DNA from: the human T2T-CHM13v2.0 reference genome, Homo sapiens | NCBI RefSeq assembly: GCF_009914755.1 | Contig: NC_060926.1 | Strand: one strand, 5' to 3' | DNA: 64,000 bases | In this document: positions 25,410 to 38,709 of the stretch, in pieces | How the letters are laid out: each line of letters opens with the position of its first letter | How positions within the stretch are numbered: the first letter of the stretch is position 1 | The notes under the pieces: generated by a model | Told to the model about the DNA's origin: nothing | The model's input: only the letters and a program-made list of their open reading frames with translations | Database searches by the model: none | Position numbers and translations under genes: made by a program

Positions 25410-27312
25410 CTATCTAGCGTAAAGTGGCATATTCCATTACTTCAATTCTTACAAATAGTCCTATCTTCAAGTCTCATTCATCTTTTCCTGACCCCTCTGG
25501 AAAAAATGTTTACCATGAATCAACTCATCTGTCTGACTGCACCCTATCTACCTCATGTTGCTGATCACAACTATAATTCCACAGTTTCCAAGTTCAGATG
25601 GTCGTACATGCTGCTTAGAAATCAAGGATTTCCTTATCCACGCTCTCTTATTTTCCACAAATGTTTTAAGCCTACTCTCCTCTTCTCAATCCTTTGACTG
25701 AGAAACCTAATCCCTCTTTCAGCAGATCAACTTGACTACCAGTTCAGAGCAAAAATAGAAGCCACCAGATGGAAACTCCTCCCACACCCTGCCAATTATT
25801 CTAGCGGCTTCCCTCCCCTCTTTCCTTCATCTTTAGCTCCTTCTCCTTTTCTGTGTTCTTCCAAGTAGCACTTAACTATGGTCAAACATTTCCCATATTA
25901 AAATAAAATCCAAAGACACTTTATTCCCCCATTATCCTGCAGCCTTGATTCATAGATCTCCTAACAACCCAAACATCACCAAAGCACTCTTAGATGCACT
26001 GCTTCCATTGCTTCCCATTTTATTTCCTTTGTACCCACTCTAGCTCTTACCTTCCCCATGGCTAAAATTGATCACAGTGTGGTGGCTACATATTCCCTTA
26101 TTAATGCATCCTCCAGATAACCTTTACCCCTTATTCAACTTGATTTCTCAGCAACCCTTGATTTTGTTGCCCACTACTCTTCTGAAATGTTCTGTTCCTT
26201 TGGCCACTGTTATTTATTCTCCAAATTCTTTTCCTAGCTTTCTGGGTGCTCCTTGAAGCCCTCTTTGCTGCATCTTATACCTTTCCTTGCTCATTAAACT
26301 TGGTATCATTACCAGTTATATAGAGGCAGGAAGACCTATTTCACATATTTTTACTGGGTGACCTCATGTGATCACATAATTTCAAAATTCGTACTGCCAG
26401 CTGAGATGTTTTTCATGAGATCTAGGTATATATATCAATATGCCTACATACTACTAACAGATTTACCCCCAAAAAACTTGCCAGAAGAAAATATATCATC
26501 TTGAACACTAAATATACTTATTTTCCTTTTTTCTCAAGTAAATGGTAAGACCATTCTCTCAATCACTACAGAAACCCAGGCATCATTTTGACTCTTCTCT
26601 CTTCCCTCATCCTACACACCTGACCAATGACTAGTCTTATGAGTTATACATTTGAACTGTTTCTTAAATCCCTAAATTTCTTTCCATCCCCAGTTTAGTG
26701 AGGAATTACCCGTTTAAATTAATATCATAGCTTGCAAGTTGTTTCTACATTGTTACATTGTATTTCTAAAATCAAAATATGATCATGTAATTGTCTCCAT
26801 TAGGAAAACTTTTCTCAGTGACTCTTCCTTTCAAGGACCTGCTTATCTCTCCTGCTTCATCCTCTAGGTCATCAGTGCTCTCTTCCCAGCATTCAAGCTG
26901 TGTTTGTCCCAGCCATGTTAATGAACCTTTACACAATTTTTCATTATATGACATGAATCACATAATATGACTAACGCTAACAATCGTGTTCCCCTTACTC
27001 ACCCACCAGAGCAATCCTGGTTACCTCTTTGGCCTCAGATTAAACTTCACTTCTTCCAGGAAGCTTTTCTTAAACTCTAAAGTCCAGGTTGTACATCCAT
27101 CATATGTGATCTTCTAACACATGGCTTGCCACTCCAGATAGTACTGATGACATCATCTTGCAATTTCCTACCTTATCCTCAGTAGATCCCACTAGACTGT
27201 AAGCTCTGTGAGAACAGACAGTGTGTTACTCTTGTTTTGAGTTGTATCCTCAGTGCATGGCCTAATACCTGGCACATATTCAACAAATATTTTTTAATAA
27301 ATAAATGAATGA
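25410..27312 (+). mobile_element. L2, long 3' portion
   Basis: Pyrimidine-rich L2 body. Tail ACTAGACTGTAAGCTCTGTGAG...CCTGGCACATATTCAACAAATAT...AAATGAATGA. The 5' boundary is approximate. Confidence 0.8.
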
Positions 27313-28871
27313 CCTTCCCATTTCTTTTCTGATGTAAAAATTAAGGCCATCAGAGCAAATTAAAAGATATTACACAGTAGATTTTAGGTGTCCTTCCTCT
27401 GTCAGTAATTCAAAGCCTCATTTGATGAGGGTTGTTCTGAATGTAAAGTTTTGCACTTACACAGAGTACAGGCATTGCTAAACTTTGACCAGAGTGTGGG
27501 ATCCAGGTCCCATTTTCTAACCTGTATCTCAGATTCCTAATACTTTATACACAGTCAGGGCCAGAAGACAAGCATTCTCTTTCTTACTTTTTAAAAAATG
27601 CTGTTCATGCAATAAGCTATTTTCTTTGGTATTTAAATAATTAAATATAGATTACAAATTTTTTTGGTGAATATTACACCATCTATATGAACTGTTCATC
27701 AGTTCTTTGAAACATCTCTGAGGCTGTAGTTGCTGCAGTAGCTACTTCTTGACAACTGAAATAAGTGAAAATTTGAACATTTGTTCAGTTCTGTTGATAG
27801 TCTTAATCATTGAACCTCAACACAACCCATCCACTAGAATTTGAACTCCTGGTGGACCATGACTGTTTGTTATTAATCTTTGCAATTCTAGCAAATGTAG
27901 TATTTAGTAAAAGGAGGGTAGTTAATACCTGTAAGATGTGTGCATAGTTTTAAAGCTGCTCAATTTATTGTGAAAGTAGTAAATAAAAAAGAAAAATTAA
28001 ATCCATTATTTTACAATCTGCTTATATAATTCAGGCCTACTTTCTAGATATACTAGGAGTATGAAAGCTGGTTAACTTTTCTGAAAAATAGAAAGATACC
28101 ATGAAGAATTAAGGAAAGATGTTTTTTCTGTTTGCAAATATATTCTATACATAAAACTTACCATTATTATTCCTGTAAAAGAAACATCATCAGAAACATA
28201 AACTCAGAGGTTGTTCAGTCTGCATTTTATTACTGTAAAGATGTCTATTCACACAACTGCCAATTGCTTTGCTTTTGATAAAGCTACTGTAATTACTTTT
28301 AATTCCAATATAAATTCCCTTTGTTGCAAGAAAACACTTAACCTTAGTTATGTTAGAAAGGCAAACAACATAAAAACTGACTATATACATATTTAAAATC
28401 ATAAGCATAAAAATACTAATTAAGATAGAACATTATACCACAGCCCCTATAATAAACACAAATTAATAATCCAATCAGGAATGTGAGCACCTTCAGAAAA
28501 TTATGACATGACTTATATAATTTTACAAAAAATTAAGCAAAATGATGTGGAATTTGGTTAATGACCTAGTTAATTTTTGACACCTTTGAGGATTTCTTTT
28601 CAGACTACAAAAACAAAATCTTCATCTGTTAATAAAGTAGGTTAAAAAAAATAGTTCTATACTTTGTGGTTCCCAAAACAATCAAGATATGGAGGGATTT
28701 ATTTAAAAACTGTCAACCAGAAGAAACTAGAGAATACAAACAAAATTACACTGACTATTCTTTAAATAAAATTCTGAGATAAAGACAGACATGAGGCATT
28801 TCTGACAGACTCTTGGAGATTTAAAAAGAGAAAATGTAGTTACCACAGTAGTGGCTCCACTATAATGAGTG

Positions 28872-29128
28872 CTGTGTGGTGCTACCCACGGGACTAAGGC
28901 ATTGATTTCTCCAGCTGCAAAGTGTTGGTGGCTGACAGCTCTCAGATGAGTCCCTCTTCTGGAATGGCTTTTGTTGTGACTACATCAAATTCCTCTTTTC
29001 CCTGTGCCTAGTTCTATGTCCTTCAACCCACCCCACAAGGCTGATCTAGAGAGCATCCCAGATGAACAAGCTGCACACAAATCTCAGACTCAGAATCTGT
29101 TTCCTAGAGAGCTCAACCTAGGATGGAC
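28872..29128 (+). mobile_element. LTR16-like ERVL solo LTR, internally deleted
   Basis: GTGGCTGACAGCTCTCAG...CTGCACACAAATCTCAGACTCAGAATCTGTTTCCTAG. Confidence 0.7.
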
Positions 29129-30575
29129 ACTCAGACTGAAAAACAAAACAAAATCAATACGTAGGCTGTGTGTTTTATAAGAGTAATACAATTATTTGAA
29201 AGTAAGAAATCTGCCTCAACCTTGTTTACACCTTGGAAGGTACCCGGCCATCTGCAGATGGATTTGCTTGCATGATTTTACTAGGTGTTCTCTATGTAGA
29301 CAAAGCATTAAAGACACACCTAAGTACATACACAATCTGCCTAATGCTTTTCATTGCTTCATCATACCAATGTTACCATTTTCCTATTTCTTCCTATTCC
29401 TTATATTTGGCATTTACTTATTTTGCTACAACTAAATATACTCAAAATTTACAAAAACAAAAACACTATATTTTATGTAAACTGACTTTTTTTTTTTTTT
29501 TTTTTTACATCACAAACATGTGGAGTCAGCCCTTGCCTGATTGCCCAAATCAGCAACTTCCCAAACTTATATAGTCATGAGAAACTGGGACATTTTTAAA
29601 AACACAGATATTCTGATTAAGTCATTCTGAGATAGGTCTGATAGGCTTAACAGTCCCAGGTGAATCTAATAATATGAACTGGAAAAAAACAATAGTATGG
29701 AGAGTAACCAATAGCTTAATATTCCATTTTCTAGTGCTTCTCTACATTAATGTGTATATGAATCAATGGTTATCATATTAAAATGCAAGTTTTAACTCAT
29801 GAGCTTTGGACTAGAGCTTGAGACTCTACATTTCAAGCAAGCACATAGGTAATACTGATTGCCCATAAATGCTTTTGAGTAATAAAAGTGTAGCCTATTC
29901 AGAGCAGCTGGAAGAGAAAATATTTCACAGGTGTGTCTTAGGTGTGTTGGAAAATCTTTTTTCTTTGAAAAAAGGATTCTATGAATATTTAGTGCTTTAC
30001 GTAGGAGCTGACCTACTTTCCCATTCTCTTTGTTATTGTCTTGGGATTTATACCTGCAGAAGGGATAGTTCACATGAACATAGAACTATGCTTTGGTTTG
30101 ATGACGATCACTCTCTAGATGTTGGAGATGTCTGTGACTCTCACTCTGTAAACACAGCTTCCTGACTCAAACTCTCTGTGTTGACTCAAATATTCCCAAA
30201 TTGATCATCTGCTTTTCATGTCCTTTAGTTCAGCCTGATGAATGGATTTTTAAGGGACTCAGGAAGTATCCTCCAGGAAAAGATTTCTGTAACATGTTGG
30301 ATGACATATAGTGTAAAACTAGCCAGTCGATTGGTTTGTTGTCTTTCAATTTAAAGAAAAAATGACTATTTGGCCAGTATATGAATTGGTAGCTCAAGGT
30401 TGGTGATAAACATTAAATGAATGTTGTGAAAGTTCATTTATCGAAACCAGGTTCTTGTCCAGTTTTGCTGTATTGTCTGGTCCTTTTACTTTGGGTGGTT
30501 GCAAATGTAAAATGGCTGCATTTCAGACAGCAAAGCCCTTTATGTTGAAATTGAACTTGGTGGTCATATTGTGCC

Positions 30576-30655
30576 TATATATATATATATGTAGTCTATC
30601 TATCTATCTATCTATCTATCTATCATCTATCTATCTATCTATCTGTCATCTATCA
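30576..30655. repeat. (TA)n plus compound (TCTA)7 TCA (TCTA)4 tetranucleotide STR
   Basis: Directly visible in the sequence. Confidence 0.97.
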
Positions 30656-31466
30656 TTCCTGATTAAAACACTATGCTGTGACTACTTAATGTCTTTATTT
30701 TGGGGACTATCTACAGTTAAAACTAATTCTAATATAATTTAGTTAAATCAAATAACAACTAAGGTGTCAGATAGCTTTAGTCAAGGTCTCCATAGAGTAG
30801 GGAAAGTGTCTTCTTGGAATTTTCTTGTTCTCACTTTGATTGCACTCATTTGAATTGGGTAAAATTTTCTTTCAAAGCTTCATGATGATTGCTAGTCTTT
30901 TTCTCCAATTTCAAGACACTGATTAATATTTTTGCAAGACTTTCCCTCTTATGGTTAATTCCCTTACTTTTGGACATGGATTTGAGAAATGATTTAGTTG
31001 CAAAAATGTCTGTATATTTTAAAATAATTTTCAGACAATTCTTACACTATAGGGTTTTAATGTTCATTTTTAAGAAACATAAAATACTTCCAAAGCCCAG
31101 ATGAGTTGGCTTGTTCATTTTCACATTAGTATAATGGAGTTTTCCTTGGTGAGAACTAGTTTACCACCCTTTCATTAGATGCTATTGTTAATTACTACAA
31201 GTCTCCCATATGGCTTCTAGGACTGCATTACAGATGGACAATTCAGAGTCTAAGTCGGAACTGGTCACTGAGCTACTTAAAGCAAAAGTACGAATCAATA
31301 CTAAAGATGATTTTCAAAATTTATCTTCATAAAACTTGCTCTCACGTTTTTGCAATCTGAAGAGTTCTAAGAGAAGCAGGAGAGGCAAGCAAACACATTT
31401 TCATCTTCCGTGGCTGCCATATCCTTTTAAGTAAAATTTACTCTTTGTCTATGCCTTCTCCTAGTT

Positions 31467-31693
31467 ATCTGTTCTCAAGCTTTAATATGCTTTAGAATTC
31501 CCTGGAGGCCTTATTTTACAAAACTAAAACAACAATAACAACAAAAAAACAAAACAGGTTCCTGGTATCTACCTCCTGAGTTTGTAATTCATTCAGCCTG
31601 GGGTGAGACCCAAGAATGTACCTCTCTAACAAGTTTTCAGTGGTGTTGATGCTGATGCTACTGGTCCAGAGTACCTCTTTTGAGACCCACCAT
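31467..31693 (-). mobile_element. MER5A (hAT-Charlie MITE)
   Basis: TCTAACAAGTTTTCAGTGGTGTTGATGCTGATGCTACTGGTCCAGAGTACC...TTTGAGA is MER5A in antisense. Confidence 0.85.
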
Positions 31694-31777
31694 GCATCTC
31701 TGTTTTCAAGTTTCCCCTCTATACTCTTCATGTCTTCTCTTCCCACATCAAATGCTATCTGAGTACTCAACGATTAC

Positions 31778-32118
31778 AAAATAGTGACAAACTACCTTTA
31801 CATGCAATCATGTTAACAAATCTCAGAAGTGTTATGCTGAGCTAAAGCCAGACACAAGCATGCATGTACTGTACAATTATGTTTATATAAAGGCAAAGCT
31901 AACCCAGAAAGATTGAAATTTGAATAGGGGTTATTCCTGAACGTGTGGGAAAAGCAAAGAGAAAGGCACATAGGGGAAGGTTATGAGGTGATGCAAATGT
32001 TCTGTACCTTGGTTTGATTAGCAGTAAGGTGGTATACATTTTTAAGACTTAGCCAGTTATACAACAATGATCTGTAGTATTTTATACATGTAAATTTTAC
32101 CTCAATGAATAAAAAATT
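31778..32118 (+). mobile_element. L1ME-like 3' end
   Basis: AAAGCCAGACACAAG...AATGTTCTGTACCTTG...ATGTAAATTTTACCTCAAT. Confidence 0.75.
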
Positions 32119-32414
32119 ATGATTACAAAAATAAGTATGGCTGTTGGTTGAAAAAATGTCTGTTAAACCAATTCAGACTAAAGTTAAGAGGACTGACTTA
32201 ATATGGTTCTTCTCCTCAAGAGCATTTGAATTTTAGTGGAATAACAAAACAGAAAAAAAATTCGTTTAATAGTGGATTTTGAGATATTTGCTAGACTCAG
32301 GGTAGACTGTTCTGGGAGCAGGGATGATTCCTTGAGACTGCTCTCAGCACCATTTCTCCATTTCCTGATTGGATAATCAAGACATGTTGAATTTTGATTT
32401 ATTTTTATTTTCTT

Positions 32415-32680
32415 AGAAAGGTTAAGCATCCTCACAGAGGACTTTCTCACCCTCCACAATAATGTAGGCCTCTCTACAACCCAATAACTGTTTATCACAT
32501 TATCACATTTTATAGCGTCTTTCCACTCTGAAATTGTCTTGTTTATTCATGCTTCCTTGGCTATTTTTTTATTCCACTCAACCATAATGTTCACAGTATA
32601 TCTCTAGCACCTAGAATAGTACATTGAACATATTAAAAACTCAATAAATATTTATGGGATGAATAAAAGAATGGATAAGT
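32415..32680 (+). mobile_element. L2 3' end
   Basis: CTAGCACCTAGAATAGTAC...CTCAATAAATATTTATGGGATGAATAAA. Confidence 0.8.
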
Positions 32681-33384
32681 CTGATTCTTAACACTTCATA
32701 GAGTAAAGTAAACATTCTGGCCAATTCTATATCTGTCTCACTTTTATTTGGCCACTAAGACCAAAGATGAATTATGTCAGGCCACTTCCAAGATTGTAGG
32801 GAGGCTCACTGAGAGAGGTGGACAACACATGCCTATACAATCCCACATGTTATGAATTGCTTAAAAGCAATCTTTGATCCAGGGATATGGATATCTACCC
32901 AAGGATCGTCCTGGAATATAATTCAGACACAGATATCCAGCTGCGTTGTCCAGGAGTTCACAATGCTGAACTGTGGGTGGCAATGGGGAAGAGCAGGTTA
33001 GTTGCTGGGCAATGATAACATGAAAGGTATTTTATAACATTGTCTTTTGTTATTTTTTGGCATTTTCATACATACTAAAATTTAAATATGCAGCTTTTTT
33101 TTATGTTTCTAAATTTATGTAAAGTAAAAGGCATCTCTGTGTTAAAAGAAGTACTACCTTCCCTCTGGAAATTTTCAATGACTACATACACATATGTTCA
33201 CCTTGGAAACTAGGAAAAACATAGTCATGACTCATGAGAAATGTAGAGGCAGAAAATTCCATAAAGGCACCTCTTGGCCACCTCTTGATAATGGCAGAAA
33301 GTGAATGAACTGCTCAAAATGATAGCTCTTTAAATTTCCTTTGCCAGGACTGCTATCTGAAAGATACATTGGTATACAAATTAC

Positions 33385-33590
33385 ACATAGAGAGTGTGGT
33401 TCTCAAAGTTCAAAAAATTTCCTATTTCTAGGTTTTGCCACTAAAATCTTGCATGTCCTTGGACACAAGTGACCTTTAAAATGGGAATAATTATTTTGGA
33501 CCCATCAACCATATAAAGCTAGTCTGTGCAATAATGGGTGTAAAATACTGTTAAAAAATCAAAATATGTTATTTGAATGTGAAGTAATAG
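33385..33590 (+). mobile_element. MIR (MIRc/MIR3-like)
   Basis: TTTGCCACTAA...CCTTGGACA...TAAAATGGGAATAAT core. Confidence 0.6.
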
Positions 33591-33789
33591 TTCATTTTTA
33601 TTAAAATTAAACAATGTTTTCTTATATGAGTAGTGGCAGTAATAATATTATGAACATACAAGTAACACAACAAGTATTTTAAGCACAATTTAAAAGTAAA
33701 GTACATGCTTTTAAACTCTGGAAGTGTATTTTTCAGTATGTGCTATGAAATTATTTTCAAATGATGCAATAATAAAATTTAGTGAAAAG

Positions 33790-33920
33790 ATCTCAGGATT
33801 ATTTTATTATCTTGTCATTGTACAATTAAAGAAAGTTGGAGGTATAAAAACTAAGTGACTTACTCTAGATGTCAAAATTGCTTATTTACAAGATTGAGAC
33901 CAGAATCCAGAGATCTTTAC
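33790..33920 (-). mobile_element. MIR fragment
   Basis: TAAGTGACTTACTC...GACCAGAATCCAGAG. Confidence 0.5.
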
Positions 33921-36877
33921 ATGCCATCCAAGGAGTAAAAATGATTCAGATAGTGAATTTTTCCTGCTTATTTGGTATGTAAAGACTGGTATTTTAAATA
34001 TTAAATTTCATGTCATGACCTCCTTAGCACATCACTCTCCTAGAGTAACTTACCATGGACAATGGATTGTAAAAATCAATGAAAAACATGAAGATAACTG
34101 GTAGAACACAGGTTACACAGCCATTCTTACACAAGTGAAAATGATTTGTTTATAGCTTACTCCTTGGTTTCTTGGAATTTTCTTTTTAAAAAGGCAACAA
34201 GTATTTGTACTATCAGTTAGACTTAAAAAAACATTCTTCAGAAAGAGAAAATGTATTTGTGAAATCCATTTAGTAAAGTTGAGTGTTTTGAAGGATGTTG
34301 CTGTCATCACTATGGGCCATTTGCTAATTCCCAAGAATGTGTATATAGCAAAATGTCTCTGCCTGAGGCAGTCCCTCCTAATGTTGGAGCCAAATCAGTG
34401 GAATGGATTGGATACACATAAATGTTTTGTCACCTTTCTAGTACCGGAGAGCTTAAATTGCTGAATCTTTCATTCCCTTTCGTGGCTGAGAAATGTGTGT
34501 TCTTTATTATGAAGGGTTTAGGGATTGCATACTGTGTAATAGCTCAGATGAGTGAAAACAAATTTAAATATCAGCAATGCACTGACTTATACTTTACATG
34601 TTGCAAATACTCTTAGAAACAGTATGGGGCCTTATTAAGTTTGAACCTCAGGTCTTTCAACTTCCCTGAGAAAAGAGAACAAATGGTAACTTCATGAGAA
34701 AATAAGTAACTAACGTTTGTGATTTCCCACTTCAGCTCAAGCCCAGATATTTTTGTCAGTTGTTAATTACAGTCATATTTCTCTAAAGCATTTTCTTTTT
34801 TAAGGATTAAAAAAAGGAGAGAAGAATTTCAAGAAGAAAGGCTACACCATGCGATACAGGTTCACATTTCTCTGAGTGGAGAGGAACGCATTGGGGTGAA
34901 GGTGATAGGCAGGGCCACTTGCTGGAGAACGGGGAGCTAGCACTTAGATAGAGTTGATAGAAGTGGAAATCAGACTGGGATAAAGTCAAGAGGTAGGGCT
35001 AGATCAAGATTCAAAGCAGAAAATGGCAAGAACTCTGGCTTGACAGTAGGGATGTCACAGGGGAGAGATGAGATGAAAACATGGTGGGATGCAGTTATGT
35101 TCATTAGGCCAAGAAAACGTGTTCAATATCAAATTCAGTGCTCTTCTCTTTTTCCAGATACTTGTATACGATTGTTTATTAATTCCCTGTGTCTCTAATA
35201 TTGTGGATCTTCTTCCTGTAACTCATACAACTAGCAGATTTCTGGCTTAAAGACAGAAAGGAAGGGTAGCATTTTTACATGAGGAGGGATTAAGGCAGAG
35301 AGAAGTAAATTAATTGAAGTTCCTATAATTAAATTACTAATGGTATCTGCATTAGGGTCACATTTCCTACCCCTTCATCCTGTATTATTTCTAGAATCTT
35401 TACACTGGAATTGACCACAGAGCATTGCACTGGATTTGACCACAGAGGTCATTTAGTCCAGAATTTTATCATTTGGTCCACCTTTCCTTGGAGATTAAAC
35501 TAATGAGCTGGCATTGCACCCACCCACCTTGGCTTTATCCTGATAATTCCTCTCAGGGTGAGTGGTAGTTCCCATGGAGAACACTAAGCAGGTGGTTTTG
35601 TTGCACAGTGAGCCCTGGGCTTCCCTGAAATGCCCTGAAGTGTCAGTTACTGTTTTGATTGCTTTTTCATTTTTCTATCCAGACACTTGTTGACAGGAAA
35701 CTCTGTGGCCACCATTCATTGCATTTAAGAAATCAAACAACCACAAACTGTCACTGTCACTTTCATTTCCTGTCATCATTCATTTTCTTGAGCTGCTGCT
35801 AGTTTATCAGTGTAGCTGGATGTCCCGTGCTCCTGGGCATTGGGGAGGAAAGACTGTAGGTATGTGCAGGTGCTGAAAAAAGATGTGAGAGGAACGCAAT
35901 AAACACTTGCAGCCTCGCTCCTGGCTTTCCGTTTATGTCATTCACCTGTGGGTTTAGAAACGTTTTCTGTTTCTAGGATCAAATGGAAATCCCAGCCTTA
36001 TTGCTGTAGGATTTTCTTAATCCTTCCACAGTAGTTAAAGACTCTCCCTAGCTTCACTTTGTTTGTTGTAGCTTGTGTAGGAGTGATGCAAGGCAGGCTT
36101 AACTGCTTCCATCAGCAGCTCCAGGAGGAAGTTTTGTGATGGTAAGAATTGGATTTTGTTGTCCTTCACAAGGACCTTTCTCCCAGCTGTTTCTATATAA
36201 ATGTACGTCTCTATAGCTCAGAGAACTATCAGGAAACAGGTGTTTTTCCATTAATAGCCAAGATGCATCAAAGGAAGGAGAAGGTACAGCAGTATGTGAA
36301 AATCAGGTGGTCCACGGTTGAATACTTTGTACACAATAACTAATCACTCAAAGCTTATATCTATTTATAATAAAGTCTATAATTACAAGCCAGGTGGCTG
36401 TGGTTAGGAGATTGTGGGGTTTTTGAACAGGTTACTTGACTCGCCATTACAGCTTTAGAGGAGATATGTCCACCTGGGTAGTGGGTGATGTGGCACGTGT
36501 TTGCCTATAAACAGCACACATGTGCTCTGCCTTAGCTTCTTTTCAGCTGTCTTCCGAGTCTGTGTGCATCAAAGTTGTATTCTACAAATCTCCTTGCTTA
36601 CTGGCAAATATAATAGCCAGAAAATTTTACAAAAGTTCTATGGGCTTTGAGTTCAGAAGTTTTGCTATACTTTTTCCTGAAGAATATTATGTACAACTGA
36701 TATAAATTGGAGTTTGCTGATGCAGTATTTTGAAGTCTAAGATGTCATCTGGCCAGTTGACTCTAACTATGGAGTCTTCATTTTTTCCTTACCATGTGCT
36801 TCAGAATTCATAAGAGATGATTTGAATAGTGATATAATGACCATGACATATTGTAAAAGTGAAGTTATGAGTAATTT

Positions 36878-37180
36878 GTTAATTATTTATTGAGTATCTC
36901 TTATAACCAGTGACACTTTTAAGGGCTGTGGGGTATATAAATAAGTGTAGGAGATGGTTCCTCTACTGAAAGAACTCTTTTCTCAACTGGGAAGATATGA
37001 TTCAAAGAGAAAACGTTGCCGCTACTACGTATTCTATCACTTGCTCAGACAATATGTGCTAAAGGTAGTAAGATATGTGGGATTATTATGCAAAGGAGAT
37101 TGTATTTAAAGCTTCATGAAGAAGGTGAGATTAGAAAGATGAAATTAACAGGTAAAAAGAACAATAAAGGGCATTTGGGT
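36878..37180 (-). mobile_element. L2 3' fragment
   Basis: ATTTATTGAGTATCTC...CCAGTGACACT...GATGGTTCCT. Confidence 0.55.
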
Positions 37181-37188
37181 GTGGTGAT

Positions 37189-37830
37189 TGTCTTAGTTTT
37201 TTATGGCTGCATAACAAATTATCACAAACTTTGCTGATTAAGATAACACATATTTATTCCTTCTCATTTCTGTAGGTCTGGAGTCTGGCTTCACTGGGAC
37301 CTCTCCTCCATGCCTCCCAAGGCTGCAAACAAAGTGTCATTTAGGCAGCATTACTCTTTGTAACTCAGGATTCTCTTCCAAACTCACATGGTTGTTGGCA
37401 GAATTCAACTCCTTGCAGCTCTATGACTGAAGCTCTTGTTTTCTTGCCAGCTGATGTCCAGGGAGCACTCTCAGCTGCCAGAGGCCTCTCTCAGGTCCTT
37501 GCCATATGGCACCCTCCGTAGACCTCTTACAACATGGCAACTTCCTTCTTTCAGGCAAGCAGGAGAGTGTCTGCTGCTTTAAACCTTCCTCTTCAGGAAG
37601 GACCTAGTCTCTCTTTTAAAGGCTTACCATATTTAAGTCCAGTCCACCAATGGTAATTGTTCTTTCAATTAACTCAAATTCGACAGATTAGTCAACCCAA
37701 TTAGTATTGGGAGTAAAATTCAATCATTTTTACAAATTATGCACACATTCAATTGGATGGGATTGCACAGGGGGTGCGTGTACAAAAGGAAGTAGAAATC
37801 TCAGGGACCATCTTAGAATTTGCATATCAT
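37189..37830 (-). mobile_element. MaLR solo LTR (MLT1E-like)
   Basis: GCTGCATAACAAATTATCACAAACTT...GTTGTTGGCAGAATTCAACTCCTTGCAG...GGGACCATCTTAGAATT. Confidence 0.88.
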
Positions 37831-37950
37831 AGTGACAGAAACAATGCAACATGGAGTGGTTTCACATAGTGTGTTGGGAACATGGTTAGTTGCACAACAT
37901 AACTGAAGAAATCAATTGTGAAATAATTTTGGAAATGCCAGTTTGGAAAA

Positions 37951-37978
37951 CACAAACAGACACACACAGACACACACA

Positions 37979-38012
<34 letters not shown>
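37951..38012. repeat. (CA)n microsatellite with CAGA interruptions
   Basis: Directly visible. The pure (CA)16 run lies at 37981-38012. Confidence 0.97.
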
Positions 38013-38017
<5 letters not shown>

Positions 38018-38124
38018 AAGTACCTCAAATCTTTAAGCCATTGTAATGGGTTATATTGTCTTAGCATTTAAAATGAGAGTGCAAGGGACCTACTGTCCAA
38101 TAGACTTAATAATCTTGAGACATC

Positions 38125-38430
38125 TTGTCAACTCTTCCTAAAAACTCTGATAATGACTATAGTTTACCTGTAGCTAGGAATTTTTCATTATATTGTAAAG
38201 GGTTGTGAAAAACAAAAAAGAAAAGAAGAATAAGAAAAGAAGAAGGAGAAGAAGAAAATAGGAAGAAGAAGAAGAAGAAGAAGACGGAGAAGAAGAAAAA
38301 GATAAAGAGGAGGATGCAGTGTGGTGAAAAGATGAGGAGGAGAAGGAGGACAAAGTAACTATGCATGATCCTCCAAACCTAAAATATTTATTATGTGGCT
38401 GTTTATGGAAAAAGATGCTGTCGCCTGACT
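38125..38430. mobile_element. MER58-family MITE containing an expanded GAA/GGA tract (38214-38350)
   Basis: GTAAAGGGTTGTGAAAAACAAAAAAGAA...AAACCTAAAATATTTATTATGTGGCTGTTTATGGAAAAAG. Confidence 0.7.
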
Positions 38431-38709
38431 CTAACTTCTAAGCACAAAACCCAAAGGCAGTCTTCAACTTGGACATTTTAGAGGATGAGTGCTAAAGAAA
38501 TTACCTCAAAGTTTGTGTTAAAATGCAAACTTTATGTATTGAAAGTTTATATTAAAATCCTCAGGTCTCACTTTAAACTACAGCACTCCGAAGGGTCTTG
38601 GAAACTGTGTATGTATGAGGAAGGATGTGTGTGGCAGAACTAATGAATTCTCACTTCTCTGGATAGATATTTAACTACCCAAGCACTAGTCTGAGGCTTA
38701 GTGTATGAC

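Noticed and set aside
30595-30655. Possible forensic (CODIS) TCTA marker
   Set aside because: The flanks do not match any marker primer I recall, so it is left as a generic STR.
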